Translations under genes and position numbers: made by a program
From: Lama guanicoe
Taxonomy: Eukaryota
DNA: 62,000 bases
Direction: 5' to 3'
Assembly (NCBI GenBank): GCA_013239625.1
Contig: MU053379.1
Span: 4,235,229 to 4,297,228 of the forward strand
The notes under the pieces: model-generated
Seen by the model: only the letters and a program-made list of their open reading frames with translations
Told to the model about the DNA's origin: nothing
Database searches by the model: none
Part shown: piece by piece, positions 1 to 13,405 of the stretch
Position numbering within the stretch: position 1 is the first letter of the stretch
Layout of the letters: each line of letters begins with the position of its first letter

Positions 1-2500
1 GGGGACACCGTCTAATGACAAGTAATTGACGGATTCGAGGCCGCGCATTACCAGCCGAACGGGGAGGCATTAATTATTTAAAAACGATTAGCCTCGCGTG
101 TGTCCTGCCGGCGGTCCACCTTGTTCAGGGAAGAGAACCAGCCACGAGAGCCGCAGCCGGGCCTGGAGGGCGGCGGGCGCGCTCCCCGGTCGGCCTTGGG
201 CGCGCTGGAGAAAGGCGCCAGGGAAGGAGGGAAGGGGCCGCCCAGGGCCCCCACACACGGAGGTGCCCGGAAGGCTGACCCTGGCAATTACCGGGACCGG
301 TATCTGCCCTTGGGGTTTAGGATCTGGCTGACTGCGGCGAGGACGGGAACAACTTTCCAGCTAGGGTGTCGGGCACTTTCGATGGGCCGGGACCCAGCGC
401 GCCTTACGTCCAGGCGAAATGCCAAACCGACCGAGCCGGCGGGGGCCTCTCACAAGCCGGATGCCCAGCCGCTGTAGAATGCAGAACCCCAAGGGAGAAT
501 GCAGAGTTCGGGGAGGGGGCGTCTGGTAGACCCCGGAGGAAGGACACCTTTTCCTTCCCTGTCCCCTGAAGCCCAGGGTCCTGCGGTATCAACTGGCAGC
601 CTCGGGACCACTGGTTTTCTGAGCAGGCGCCTTCCCGCAGGCGGCGGACAGATGCGGTCGGTTCTATCCGGCCCCCACAACCCGGTGCCCCGGAGCCAGT
701 GCGGGGCGGGGAGTGGGTGACGAACGGCCTCACGGCCAGGTTTAGACTTCCCCTCCTGGACCTGGCCTGCGGCCCCAAGGCTCCCGGATACGCCCGCGGT
801 CGCGCGCGCTGTGCGCACAGGCCGTCAGCCCTTCTTTCGGCAAGAACGCAGTTCCCTCGCCGCTCGGAAAGGCGCGGGCCCTCCCCGGCTCCCGAGGCCA
901 GGGCCCCTACCGCTGCCTGGGCCGCAGGGCTTCCCTGAACCGCCTAGACAGGACTCGAGCCCGTGCGCGCCGCGGAACGGCCGCCCACTCCGGGCCACCG
1001 TTCCGCAGCCTACCGGTACCAGGGCGCCGTTCCCCGCCGCCCCCAGCCCGGGCTCTGAGGCCAAGGGAGGCCCCCATTCCCGCCCCGCCACTGTCCTGGG
1101 GCGACTACGGCCCTCGGATCGAATCCCCAGCCCGGAACGGATGTAGGGGCTCCACTAAACTTCCCAACGGTGCTCCGGGCCCCGGTTGCAGCCCAAGTGT
1201 GTAGCTTTTGGAAACCCCATCCTCCCACCCGGAACATTCTCAGAATTCCCCGCCAAAAAAACCACCTCCCCAACCCCAGGGTCTCCCTTGACTTGGCTTC
1301 TCGCCCCTCTTCCCGCCCCCTCACCAGGCCTCGGAGCTCCGAGAAGGGAGAGGGGCTGGCTGGGGGAGGGGAGGCGCGCGGACGAGAGTGGGGGGCGGAC
1401 GCTCGGCGGGGACCCGGCGCGGCCCCCGAGTGGGCGCGCTCCCTACCTGCGGGGCGGCGGGCGGCGGCGGCGGCGGCGGCGGAGCGTCCAGCGCGCGGAG
1501 GGAGGCGGCCGACTGCTCCGAGCCGAGGCATCCCCGCATTTATTTGAGCTCAAACCCAGCGACTGTTGACTTTAGCACACAAAGCAAAGATTTCACTGCC
1601 CGCTAGTTTAAAAATGAATATTTTACCAAGATATCGATCAGCGTTATAAAATTCAGTTAAGTACAATGGGATCCTGGCAAAAAAAAAAAAAAAGAATAAT
1701 AAAGGAGGGGGAGGCAATATGATATCTGTGCAAATTTGCCGAAGTGTGACGTGGCAGGGCAAGTTTACCCTCCTGGAATTCGGATCTACAATGTTTTTTT
1801 CGGTTGTTTACTGACTGTTTATTCACAGATCACGGTTGCTTAAACCCGCGTGCGGATGGCGCGGGGAAAAGGAAGAAAAAGAGGGAGAGAGAGGGGAAAG
1901 GAGCGGCGCGCCGGACCACGCAGAGCCGGGGGACGCGGGCGGAGGGCGGTCTGAGCGCCAGCCAGCCGGGCCCGGCGGGGGGGAGGGGCGGGGGAGGGGG
2001 CGCGAAAGGCGCTGGACGCGCAGAAAAGGCCCCGAGCGGCCAGCTCCCCGACATCCTTTTTATGTATTCGGACAGAACTATATCTTATCGGCCGGGATCA
2101 GTGGAGGGGGGCGCACTAAGTAGTTTAAAACGACCCGCGCACAATGGGCGCGCGATAGGAAACAGAGCAGGTTAGGGCTGCGCTTTCAGCCTCCATTGTC
2201 CCGCACTCGGCCCCCGGCCCTGCCTCTCGGCTCCTTCACCACGGGAGCCTTTTATGTGATAATGAAACACATTTCTGGCCGGGCTCACGACGTGTGTGTC
2301 CTTGCCCGGGGGGAGAGACGGCCCTGATTGCTGGCCGCGGCCTCCGGATTCCCCCCTCCCCAGTTGCTCTTCCTTGTGTCTTCGGGACAATGTGGCATGT
2401 TAAAAAGGGATTTGGAGGCGGGAGGCGGAGGCGAGGGAAAACCCCCCTCAAGCGCGTGGGAAGGCCAGGGTTGGCGGGGCGATACCAACTCGGAGAGCTG
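1..2500. promoter_or_regulatory. CpG island downstream of FOXA2 (LINC00261-type promoter region)
   Basis: Very GC- and CpG-dense, interrupted by an AT-rich motif block at ~1535-1845. Confidence 0.8.
1447..1545 (-). ncRNA. LINC00261: Candidate first exon of the LINC00261 (DEANR1/Falcor) lncRNA orthologue; remaining exons presumably left of the window
   Basis: Syntenic position ~2.4 kb 3' of FOXA2 on the same strand; strong donor CAG|GTAGGG at 1446; FOXA motif cluster immediately upstream. No transcript evidence is available. Confidence 0.5.
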
Positions 2501-3689
2501 GTATCCACCAGGCTTGGGGCAAAGCTGGGACCCTCCAAGTTTGGATGGTTGAGAGGCCCAAAGATTTAGTCCCGGACACAGGAGTTTGGGCTTAGAAAGC
2601 TGAAGCCGAAAGGCTGGCCTCTGACTCTGCGGAGATTCTTACGCACTGCAAGCTAGCTGCGTCCTGGATGGCCCCACGTTTGCGCGGTCCCCCACCCCGC
2701 TGGCTCCTGCCTCGCCGGCCAGCTTGAGGCCAGCAGATGCCTAGGGCAAAGCCAAAGCCAAAACCCCCTTTGCACACTCAGGCCTGGCTTCACCTCCAAG
2801 GTTTCCATGTTGGTTGGCCGCGGATTCAGTGCCGCTCAGCTGTCTGTGCAGAGAGGCAGTACGATCCGTAAGATTTTATTCTGGGTCTTTATACTTCCAG
2901 GTATTCCTTTAAGGATCACAAAATATCCACTCGTCCCCTCTAACCCCTGTAATCCTGGCTTGCCACGGGCCTGACAGGACCTTTGCAAGGGCAATGGTGT
3001 TTGTGGGGAGGGGGAGCAGAAGGGAGCAAACCTGCAGACCCTGAGAGCCCACCCTTTCCAGCTTCGCAAGACACCCCTTACCTCTGCCTTATCCCTCAAT
3101 CTACCTACTTTCAAAGATTTCAGTCATGACCCTGAGATGCATTGTAATCACTTCCAGGAGAAAGTCTTTCATTTCTCCAGACCAGATGCTCAAATGCATG
3201 GTTCCAGAAGTCTGGCTTCTCCTGGCTACAGCAAGCTCTATCAAGGTTGTGCAGAACACCAGTAAAGGTGGAGGATGGAAGGGGAGGTAGGGTGTAGACA
3301 GAAGTCTCAGGCTGTAGAATCCAGGCAGGGCCCCAGCTCTACAGAAGGATGAGTGGGTGCAGAGAGACAGGGTGGAAAGGCGATGCGCTGCACCAGGAAT
3401 GTGCAGATCCAACCTGGGCTCCCTGCCTTGAAGAGAGGCCTGGGATTGGAAATATAGGGGGGAAAATAGTAAAATCCAGGCTTCTCCCCAGAGAGGCCGG
3501 CCCTGGGGCCCAAGGGATGTCAGCAACACTGCGTCTTCACATGGCCCAGGTGGGAAATAGGGGTACATGGTTTTCTGCATGCTTTGTAGGCAAACCTGCA
3601 TCGACGCCATGGGGTGGTTCACCTGGAATCTGTGAGTTTCACTGTGTAAAGTTAAACTCAACATTCAAACAGTAACCACGAACAACATT

Positions 3690-3940
3690 GAGTTCTAGTA
3701 ATGATGTGCTTGCTGAACTGTTACGGGGGAAGTGTACTGAAGTCTAAAATTTCCTTTGAAATGCATCTAGGAAAAGAAGATAAATGGATCAATGGAGGCG
3801 TAGATAGATGGACAGATATGCAATGTGACAAGTTTAGCGAAATGTTAACTGTAGGATCTGGGCAGTGGGTACACGTGTGTTTACTGTAAAATTCATTCAA
3901 CTTCAGTATGTCTGAAAATGTTAAGAATAAAATGTTGCTA
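3690..3940 (+). mobile_element. Ancient L1M (L1MC/ME-type) 3' end
   Basis: Typical tail: AAATGTTAACTGTAGGATCTGGG...TTTACTGTAAAATTCATTCAACTT...TGAAAATG..AATAAAATGTTG. Confidence 0.65.
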
Positions 3941-4779
3941 AAACAGCAACCACCCTCCCAAATGAAATAAAACCTGCAACCAGCCAGGACCTCCCTCCTT
4001 CAATTTTTAAATACTTCCCAGACCTGTTTATTTTTTTTCAATCAAGCAAAGGAAAAAAATCTTGGAGATTCAAGGCATCAAACTGGCAATAACACTTTAA
4101 TATAGATTTGTGGAACTCTGGTTCTTGCAGTCAGAACACACATTTATAAGCCATAAATAAAGCACGCAGAAACCATAAATTAATCAGACTCAAGACCTGG
4201 ATTTCACCGTGTCAAGAATGGGAATGCTTGTTTTTTTTTTCTTTTTCTTGGTCATTTACAACAGACTCTTACATCATTTTTTTTCTCTTTTTAAACAATA
4301 GTACAACTCTGTTCTCTGTTAAAACTACATGGTTTTACACTGTAACTCACAAAAGTTTGTGGGGGTTTTTTGCCTTTTTTTGTTTTCTTTCTTTTTTTTT
4401 TTTTTAATAAAGTAAGACTTCGCTGCGGCAAGAGTGATGGAGAGGAACACCGACAACAGGAAGTCAGAGCCCGCAGGTGCTTAAAGAAGCAGGGCATCTG
4501 CACGCAAGCGGAGGGACCGACACTTCGCTTTTTGCCTTTTTTTGACTGTTTATCCTTTTCCCTTTCCCTCCTTACGTGGGATGATGACAGATATCAGTGT
4601 GGCCCCTGTGAGGGAGGGAGGGCCGCAGCAGGTCAGGGAGACAGCTGTCCCGGGGGCTGCGTGGGGGCGTGACGGGTCCTTTTCCCTCGTGTCTTTCCAG
4701 TCTCCCTTCCTGAAAGTCTCCACCCCACTTCCTCTCTCTCTGGTCCTGGTCCTGGTCTGGCCGAGCCGCCGTTGTCTTC
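3905..4779 (-). other. FOXA2: FOXA2 3' UTR with candidate poly(A) signals ATTAAA (4101-4096) and AATAAA (4032-4027)
   Basis: A/U-rich sequence after the stop codon; hexamers read directly. The distal end is inferred from recalled human homology (TTTTCAGACAT at 3918-3908). Confidence 0.7.
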
Positions 4780-6303
<1,524 letters not shown>

Positions 6304-6895
6304 CTAGCCCTCCTGCGCCTAGTTCCGATTCTAAGACTGGGCTCCCCTGGCGCGCCCCCGAGCCGGGCACCCCCAAGGCATCTCCCCTCCACGGAGTCTC
6401 CCCAGCTCTCAAGCCAGCATACCGAGCAGGCGCCGCGGCCCCGGGCGCCGCCTACGACCCTGACCAGCGACCTGTGGGACACCGGGCGGGGCGCCGGGCA
6501 GCCTCCAGCGGAGACGATCCCAGGGTCCTCGCCGTTCAGCCTTCCTCCGGGGACCCCATCCTTGGCCCCAGGGGAACCGAAACGCGCCGCCTGCTTGGAG
6601 TCTGCGGCCGGCCGGAGGCATTGAATGGAGGGACAGGGAGGGGACCGCGAGCCGAACTACACGCGGCTGGGCTCTGCAGCCACAAACTTTCTTTCTCTTT
6701 GTCCCCTAGTCTTTGGCTCTTCCTCCACCTCGGCCCCCAACTCCTACCCACCTTCTCCTCTCCAGCTCCCCACCCCCTCGCCGGCCGACCTCCCACCCCT
6801 CCCCAGCCGCGCGCTGCCAAACATAACTCTGTTAGGATAGTGCGTGGCTCGGCCACGAAGAGGATTTGGAGGCGCCGCAAGTCAATATTTGATCA

Positions 6896-7358
<463 letters not shown>

Positions 7359-7619
7359 AGGGCTGAGTCGCGGGAGGAGGGGGCCGGAGGGTAGGAGGAG
7401 GCCCAGCGCCGAGCCCGGCTGCTGGGAGAGCCCGCTGCCCACCGCCGCCGCCGCCGCGCTCGCGGGCTGCCCGGTGGAGGCCGAGGCTGGCAGTGCCGAG
7501 CTGCCGGGAGGCGGCGGGAAGCGCGCGGCGCGGCGGCGGGTGGGGGGTGGAGAGGAGGAGGAGGAGGAGGAAGAGGAGGAGGAGATGGGGGGGCGGAGGA
7601 GGTGTGGACCGCGGAGCGG

Positions 7620-7660
7620 ACAAGTGCCGCAGTGACGTGGGCGGCTGGTGATATAGCGCG
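7620..7660 (-). promoter_or_regulatory. Candidate internal promoter element: TATA-like CTATATCA, GC box and CRE-like CACGTCA
   Basis: Motifs read directly inside the CpG island; function inferred. Confidence 0.35.
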
Positions 7661-8148
7661 GCGCGCCGGCGCGGGCCTCCAATCCCCAGACCCGGGGCAG
7701 CCCATTTGAATAATCAGCTCACACCTGGGTGAGAGGGAGCCTTGGCTGGCGCCCCGCACCTGCCCTCCGCGCCCGCCCCGCGGGCAGCGCCCGGACGGTC
7801 GAGCGGGGCGGGTGGGCGCGAGGGCTCCCGGGTCGAGCCCTCTCCCGCACCCCCGCCCGTGTCTGCGGGGATTCCCCAGGGGAGGAGGGACCTGGAAGGA
7901 GGCCACCCCCTGGAGGGGCCCAGGGCTCTGACACCCCCATCCCGTCCTTAGCGCCCGGCGCTTGGTGCTCCCATCCGAGGGCGCGTCCGGCCTCCTCGCC
8001 CTGTCTCCCCTCTGCAGAGCCCTCCCAAAGCCGCATTTATTTATCCCGGGTTTCTTCGCTCTTAATGCCCATTCCCTGTCAAAATAACAAGCCGGTGACA
8101 GAGCCAATTTGCAAAGCGCTGTCGTACTTAGAAAAACTGTGTACACAC

Positions 8149-8375
8149 CTTTAACTCGCCCGCCGCTGCTTCTGGGTGGCCCCGCCCGTTACAGTTAAGA
8201 CCCAGAGCGGCTCCGGGAGGCGCGCGGGGCGCCAGGTCCCGCTGCCTCGGCTCTTTGCCGCCTCGGAGCCCGGCCTCCGGGGCCCGACGGCGAGGCTGGC
8301 GGGGAGGAGCCCCGTCCCCACCGTCCGGGGGCCGGGAGCACGCGGCCCCGCCAGTGGCAGCGACGGTTGGGAGAC
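8149..8375 (-). other. FOXA2: Upstream non-coding exon of FOXA2 (short-isoform transcript), spliced to the internal acceptor at 7160
   Basis: Donor GTTAAAG|GTGTGT at 8148 and acceptor cttccAG|TATGCTG at 7162-7161 rebuild the GAGTTAAAGTATGCTGGGAG junction I recall from FOXA2 mRNAs. The 5' boundary is approximate. Confidence 0.8.
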
Positions 8376-8443
8376 TATTTGTCTCTGACAGTCAGGACGG
8401 CGTGTTTCAAGGTTACTTTTCAGTCACAACCGAGGTGCCCACA

Positions 8444-8469
8444 GCATTTCGTAACTAAAACAAACAGGG
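8444..8469 (-). promoter_or_regulatory. FOXA autoregulatory site plus adjacent C/EBP-PAR bZIP site of the distal FOXA2 promoter
   Basis: Minus strand reads CCCTGTTTGTTTTAGTTACGAAATGC: a forkhead site (TGTTTGTTT) abutting TTACGAAAT. This is the known arrangement of the rodent HNF-3beta proximal promoter. Confidence 0.8.
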
Positions 8470-11400
8470 CGGGAGGAGACAGGAGTTCAGGAATCAGCAG
8501 CGGGGCACATGAATCCACCTCAGAGGGGTTTCTGTCTTCTCCATTTTCCTGCGGGACGGTTTTGTGAGAATGAGAAGTCCCGCAACCGTACAGTCCTTTC
8601 TATTTTCGATCCAGCTTCTGAGCTCTAACCATCACCTGCCCTGGGCCAGCTGCCCAGACCCCAGTGAGCCGGGGGGAGGGGTCACTACAGGTGTGTAGAG
8701 GGGGCCAGGCTTTCCTGGTTCTAAGAACCCGGCTGGGCCACGAGGAAGCAGCCCCCCACCCAAAGAGAGAAAGACAGGAACCAGTGAGAGCCTGGCCCAC
8801 CTGTCCAGAGTTGTGGGTAACGGTGGCAGAAGACAGAGGCGAGGTGGCTGGAGCAGAGCGCCCCGAGCGGGAGGACGGCGAGGGGCAGCTAGCGGGCGGC
8901 GGAGAGGAGCAGTGGGCGCGGGGAACCCCACCCCTGCCCTCCGGGTCGCGCGGCCTGCAACCTTTGAACTAAAGATGCAGACGCGGCTGGTCGGCCCAAT
9001 TCATAGTGAGGGCGTGGATGGGCCCGCTGACCGAGATCCAGGGCAGCGTCCACCACAGCCAAAGTCTGGAGGCGCTGAGGGCTCCCAGGAGGGGCAGGCT
9101 GGGCCGGAGCGGCCGGGAAGTGCCGTGGGTGTATGCACGGGTAGCCTCGGTGTGCGAAAGGGTGGGGTGGGGTGGGGTGGGGGGCAAAGGGACCCGATCC
9201 CGTGCATCTCGCACCGGGTCCCCGAGCGCGGGTGGAAACAACCTCGCTGTTCTCCCGGGGGCTGGGGTGCGCACTGGCGCTCAGAAGAGGAGTTGCCTGT
9301 TTTTCAAAGCTTTCTGAGCAGGCCCAGGGCAGAAACACACACCCGCACACGCGCACACACACCCTTCCTCCTCCCCGCGGGACCCTTCTTACATTCAGTA
9401 GAAAAGAGACGCCAAATCAGACAGGCAAACCCGCGAAACGACAGACGGCTTTCTGGTGTGCATGGGACTGAAAACGCGGGAGTGTTCCGGTTAACGCCGT
9501 CCGCGCGCCCCTGTGAGCGCCCACTCCCCTCTTGCTCCTGACCGACAATGTGGTTCTAGAACTGACGCCCGAGCAAAGGAGCGAGCGCGGCCCGGGGCGG
9601 AGGGCGCGCCCCTCGGCGGCCGGGCTCCGGGCCCCCGGCTTCCGCAGTGACGCGGCGCCCCCTGTCGGCCGCGCGGCCCCGGGACCGACCCGAACCCTCC
9701 GTTACCCCCGCGCTTCTCGCCCCGCCACCCGGGTGCCCGCACCGTCCGGCGGCCTCTCCGAGTCTCTCCGAAAACGCCTCCGAGGGGGCTGGCGTTTCCT
9801 TGGAGGCCCCGAGGTTCTGCGCAATCCCGTGCCGGCCGCGGCCGCCGGGGGAGGTGTCGTGGGCTCGGGCGGGGCCGGCCCCGGGGCCCCGCCCGGCGCG
9901 CGCGGCCGCCCCGGGAAGCCGAGGACGGGCCGCGGACGCTGCCGGAGCCCGCCCGGCCCCGCCGGCCGCAGGGAGCCGCGCGCTCGCGCAGCCCGGAGGC
10001 CCTCGGCGGCGCTGCCTCCCCTGCGCTCGCCCGCTCCTTCCCTTCCCGGCAGCTCTGGTTTCTAAAGGTTGATTCAGAGCGTCTGGCACGAAAGCCTCGG
10101 GCTGGAATGCTGTAAATTATGCCCGGAGCCTCTCTCCAGGAAAAAGTTCGCGGGTAACCGGGGCTGCAGACAGCCGTTTCCCCGGACCCCCCTCTCATTT
10201 GAAACCCCATCTGGGACAGAGACCTACAAAGCTTCTCTTGCTCAGGTCCCCCCTCTTTTCCGGCCTTTCTGTTCGGTGCTGCCGGGTATAAAGCCGCCTT
10301 ATAGCCGACGGCTGCGCTCGGGGTCAGCGCCCTGGTTTTATTCCAGACGCTGCCCCAGCGGGCTGACTCGGGTTCCAGCCTAGGCCTTCTCCGTTCTTCC
10401 TGCAGCCCTCAGCCAGACTCCTTCTTCCCGGGGACGCTCTGTCGTATGAAAGCAGCCCCTGGGGAAGGCGGACGTCAGTCAACAGAGCCCAGCTTCCCTG
10501 AGCGATGACACCGAATACCGGAGGGCCGGGAGGCACGTTAGGTTGATCAATACTCCAATTCCTGAAGCCCTTTTGATAGTAAATACCCAGGACAGGCCTT
10601 GCTTTAGGGCATCACCAGGCGGGTCTGTAGGTGAGATTAAGACACAGGAGTGGAGAAAGGTGATTTAGCCAAGTCTCGTGAAAATACACATTTTACCTTC
10701 CAATAACCTTTGGCTTGGGAGAAAGCAGACGCCCACTCTTCCGTTACCCGTAGGGTGGGATTTTCTGGGTAAATCCCGGGTCCTAATATACTACGAAGAG
10801 GCGTACAGTTGTGTCACAGGCTACAGTCAGCACTTCACTTTCTCTGGACTGTTATTTCTGAAATTTCATTTTTTAAAAATCAGACCATCAGAATTTGTGT
10901 ACCTGGCACTAAACACTTCAGATGCTCTGTGTGTGTGTGTGTGCGCTCACACGCGCTGGTTTCCATAGTTCTTTGATGGCCAAATCCCTACTTGTTTATG
11001 GAGAGGGCAATTGAAAAGATAATTAGCAAAGAATATCTTTCAAAGGAGATTTATGTGAAAAAACCACAAGAAAGTGACGCTAAAATGGGCAGAAAGCAAG
11101 AGGAGACACTGTGAGCCTGAGCGCAACGCACTGCGCGCAGTCCCCTCCGCTGGGCGGGGGCCCCAGGAAAGGTGGCAAATCAGGAACTAGAAATCATGCT
11201 AAAACGAGGTAGACGAGCTGCCAGCACCCCCAGTTGTCAGGTGGCAGAATCAGGTCCTCAATCTACATTTTCCCCTGCAGTACTGTGGTAGCACTTTATA
11301 TGATTATTATTTTATTAATACATTGTTTTTATCACATTCTGGTGAAATATAGGATAAGAATATTAGATCCGATGTCACAGAACCTTTAGCAAAACAACTC

Positions 11401-13249
11401 ACGTGGGTTTTCATTCAGTTCTCACACATGAAAGCAGTTCAGGGAAGCCACCATGCCAAGACAGCAAGGGTGCGAGCTCTGAAAAACAAGCCAGTGCTAT
11501 GTTCCCTGACCTGGGTCAGAAAGAGGACTGTGCCCTTCCTTGAGTTAAGGGAGGAAGAGAAGGCATATTCACGCCAACCACAGGGGGTCACTTCCTAGCC
11601 CGCCACTGCCACTGGGGAAGCAGGAAGGCTCTGTCCTCGGTCCTGTTGGGTGAATTTGATGGTCAGATCTCTTTCTCTGTGCACGTCGAATTTGATGGCC
11701 ATTTGGAAGGTTGGCTGTGCTTACAGACTGTGCTCCATCGTGGGCTTGCTCAGCAGTGAGCTGACCAGTTGTCCACTCCACTCCCATCTGTGTGGGTCTG
11801 TGGAGGTCAGTGTTCGGCCAATTCAGGTCCAGGGTCTGACAAATATTTCTGGTATATACATACCTGGCATCCTGTCCGCTATTCTTGAGTTTTTAGCACA
11901 TTTCTCCGGTGTGGGACTGTTATAGCAGATAATTAAAGTACTTGGATGAGATAAAAATAAAGAAACGACAACTTTGAGTAGCAATAATAACCTGTCAACG
12001 TGAGTGAGAATAGACTTCTCTGTGAGGGATGCCTAAATTAGAGGAATCTGCATTTGTGGCCCTGAGAGCTATTTCGTACATCTGGGTGTTATTCTTGGAA
12101 GAAATCTGTTATTCTGACCAAAAAGGCCAGCAGTCAGCCCCCCAAAGGACCAGAGCCCTGGAGAATCAGTCTGGGATCTGAAGGCTCAGACCCAGACATT
12201 CCTTCTTAGGAACCCAGGAGATAGTTAAGAAGCGGCCCCATAGATCCAGGAGCTCCTGATTACTGACTTGGATGAACAAACAGACTCTCCGCCAGTGTGC
12301 AAGGGCCAAGGTAGGCAGGTGTGGAGACCGGCAAGGGGCCAGCAAGGCCTGGGTTCCGAGCCCCAGGCTTGTGAAGCGGTTGCTCCTTGCACCCGTCTCA
12401 GAGAGGTTCGGGGGCTCTGTGTGAGCGCGAGGGGATTAAGCGAGAGCTGCTCTAACACTGAGCAGCGGCAGTGTGGAGGAGTCTGTGTATTTTTGGTCCA
12501 TTCAGCGACTGTTTTGTGAGGACTTGCTGTGTTCCCGAGGGAGGAGAGGCAGCCCTGGGCACGGCAGGCGAAGCCACATGCCTGCACGGGTCAAGTGTCT
12601 CCTTCTCTTACTTTTTCCTCTTCCTCCCTTCTTCGGCCACAGGTTCCAGGAGAACTTATTTCTCCTCTGTTTTCAAGTCTCCTTCCAACAGTGACCCAGG
12701 AGTTTCCAAGGGCCAAAACCCCACTCCAAAGGGAAGTCTACCTGTCACCATTCAGAACGAATGTACTTGCTGGTGGGGCTGGACTCAAACCTGGGGGAAG
12801 TGCGCTGCCTGTGTCCACCCAGAGTTGACGGGAAAACCACCAAGGCCTGGGTGCTCTGAAGCAGTCGGTGTGATGCCAGCCCAGCGAAGCCGGGCAGGAG
12901 CATGCGGCAGGCCCCTCTGCCCCCCCCCACCGCTTGTCATCTGTCCAGAGCATCAGCTTGCCATCAAGTGGGTTCCAGGGGGGTTCTGGTTCTGGTTCTG
13001 GGAAGGAAGCGGAGGGTGGCAGGGAGGAGCTCCCACTGGCTTGGAACTTGCCCCGTGTGTGCAAGAACCAGGCACCTGTTTGTAAATCACGTGTCTGCAT
13101 TCACTCTGCCTACTCTGCTTCCAAAAGCACTCCCAGAGGAAGGATGGTACAGCTTCCAGAAAAGTGGGAGCTTCGTTTTGACGGAGAGGGTTAGCAGATT
13201 ACAGCAGCTGTGACCCACTGGGATTGGGGTAATTAGCCAGGCCTGGGAC

Positions 13250-13405
13250 CGCCCTTCAAATTTTTATGCGCATACAAATCCCCTGGGGGTCTTGTTAAAA
13301 TGCAGATTCTGACTCAGCTGGTCTGGTCGGGGGAGGGGCCGGAGAGTCTGCATTCCAACAGGCCTCCAGGTGTTGCTGCGGTCCCCGACCAGACTGCAGG
13401 TGGAA
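13250..13405. mobile_element. MER5A-like hAT-Charlie DNA transposon relic
   Basis: Hallmarks CTTGTTAAAATGCAGATTCTGACTCAG and TCTGCATTCCAACAGGCCTCCAGGTG. Confidence 0.8.

Noticed and set aside
11130..11141. Perfect palindrome ACTGCGCGCAGT
   Set aside because: 12-bp palindromes occur by chance at this length, and there is no supporting context.
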